Under the pieces are notes generated by a model. That model was not told the DNA's origin and made no database searches. It saw only the letters and a program-made list of their open reading frames with translations. A stretch of 63,683 bases of DNA, filler included, from Octopus bimaculoides (Eukaryota), in the NCBI RefSeq assembly GCF_001194135.2. It is 6 parts of 6 records of this genome, joined end to end, with 100 filler letters (N's around TTAATTAATTAA, not from the genome) between each part and the next. Parts side by side here need not be neighbours in the genome. Positions count along the whole stretch, not along the records: positions 62,302 to 63,683 come from NC_068981.1; 5 more parts are not named here. One strand, 5' to 3'. Of the stretch, positions 62,606 to 63,683 are shown in pieces. Position 1 is the stretch's first letter; the number at the start of each line of letters is the position of its first letter. Both the position numbers and the translations under genes were made by a program.

Positions 62606-63640
62606 CTAGGCTGTATCAAGGAGTTCTCCAAATAGTTCTTTGCGCGCCAACAGTTGGTAACACATCGTTGTGTGCGTACTGAGAGCTAACAGTGACCTTC
62701 ACGAGGCAATGTGCCGATTGACATTTCTGTATTTACTTCGTAAGTTCTGAAATTTGTTTGTTTCTGACCACGTGTATGCTGTAGTCTACTATTTTGTCAT
62801 ATTCAGGAAGCTCGAACAAACAGCCAACGTAAAATGTTGTGCTAAAATTTGGGAAGTCAACAGCAGAAACATTGAACATGCTTTGGCAAGTTTACGGTAA
62901 GGAGGCAACGGGTCGAACGCAATGTTTCGGCTGCTTCAAAAGCGGGTGAACGCCCCTGTAAACAATGAATGATCTGGAAGACCTGTCACGAGCGTCACCT
63001 CCGAAAATGTGGAGTAAATTCATCAGATTGTGCATGACGATCGTTGGAAGACACTCAACGACATTGCTGATGTTGTTGGTCTATCGCATGAGTCCATGCA
63101 GGCAATCGTAACATCTGAAATGAACATGCGACGTGTTTCTGCCAGGTTTGTCCCTCACCTGCTGACTACTAAGCAGAAAGAATATTGCGTTGAAATCTGT
63201 CAAGGTTCTATGTCAACGTGCCGCTGGTGACCCATCCTTCATGTCGAGGAACATCACCGTTGACGAGAGTTGGGTCTACGGGTACGAACCTGAGACGAAG
63301 CAGCAATCGTCACAATGGAAAAACCCTCCATCTCCACGACCGAAGAAGGCACGACAGAGACGCAACTCGATCAAGAGCATGCTCATCGCTTTCTTTCGAT
63401 ATCCGCGGTCTTATGTATCGAGAATTCAACCCGCAGACCGTCAATCGAGAGTTCTACTGTGATGTTTTGAAGTGCCTGGGGAGTGAACATTAGGCGAATA
63501 CGGCTGGATCAGTAGAGCGCAAAAAACTGGATGCTTAACGATGAGAATGCACCCTGTCACGGAGTTCTCCTCTCTCGTCAGTTTCTCGCTAAATACAACG
63601 TGGTATCGCTCCCGCATCCACCATATTCACCAGACTGTGT
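62606..63640 (+). mobile_element. Defective mariner transposon, 3'-truncated
   Basis: KLEQTANVK, GRP, ARFVPHLLT, ITVDESWVYGYEPETKQQSSQWK, ENAPCH, HPPYSPD. Frameshifts. Confidence 0.9.
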
Positions 63641-63683
63641 AGCGATTAGAATGAACTAGGGTTGGATTTGAACTCAGTAATTT

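Overview
Animal genomic DNA dominated by transposons and microsatellites, probably from an octopus or other coleoid cephalopod (inferred from the SINE/LINE families and microsatellite load; not verified by search). The window is a draft scaffold with many N gaps and five identical artificial 100-bp joins (44 N + TTAATTAATTAA + 44 N), so it comprises six pieces that may not be truly adjacent. The only host coding sequence I recognise is the first coding exon of a HEATR5 (HEATR5A/B-like) gene at 9203-9328 (+); I found no later exons. The rest is decayed mobile DNA: Penelope-like elements (RT + GIY-YIG), RTE LINEs (one with a PHD-like finger next to the RT), Tx1/L1-like ORF1 and ORF2 remnants, R4/Dong-like RLE fragments, four mariner copies, a Tc1/maT-like element and three tRNA-type SINE families. 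The most notable signal is about ten type I hammerhead-ribozyme (HHR) motifs, found by eye, from several unrelated repeat families. They include one with an intact core and a long stem II (28167-28255) and a ~435-bp fold-back (15469-15903) carrying a homologous hammerhead on each strand. All RNA folds were paired by hand; none was computed or tested.
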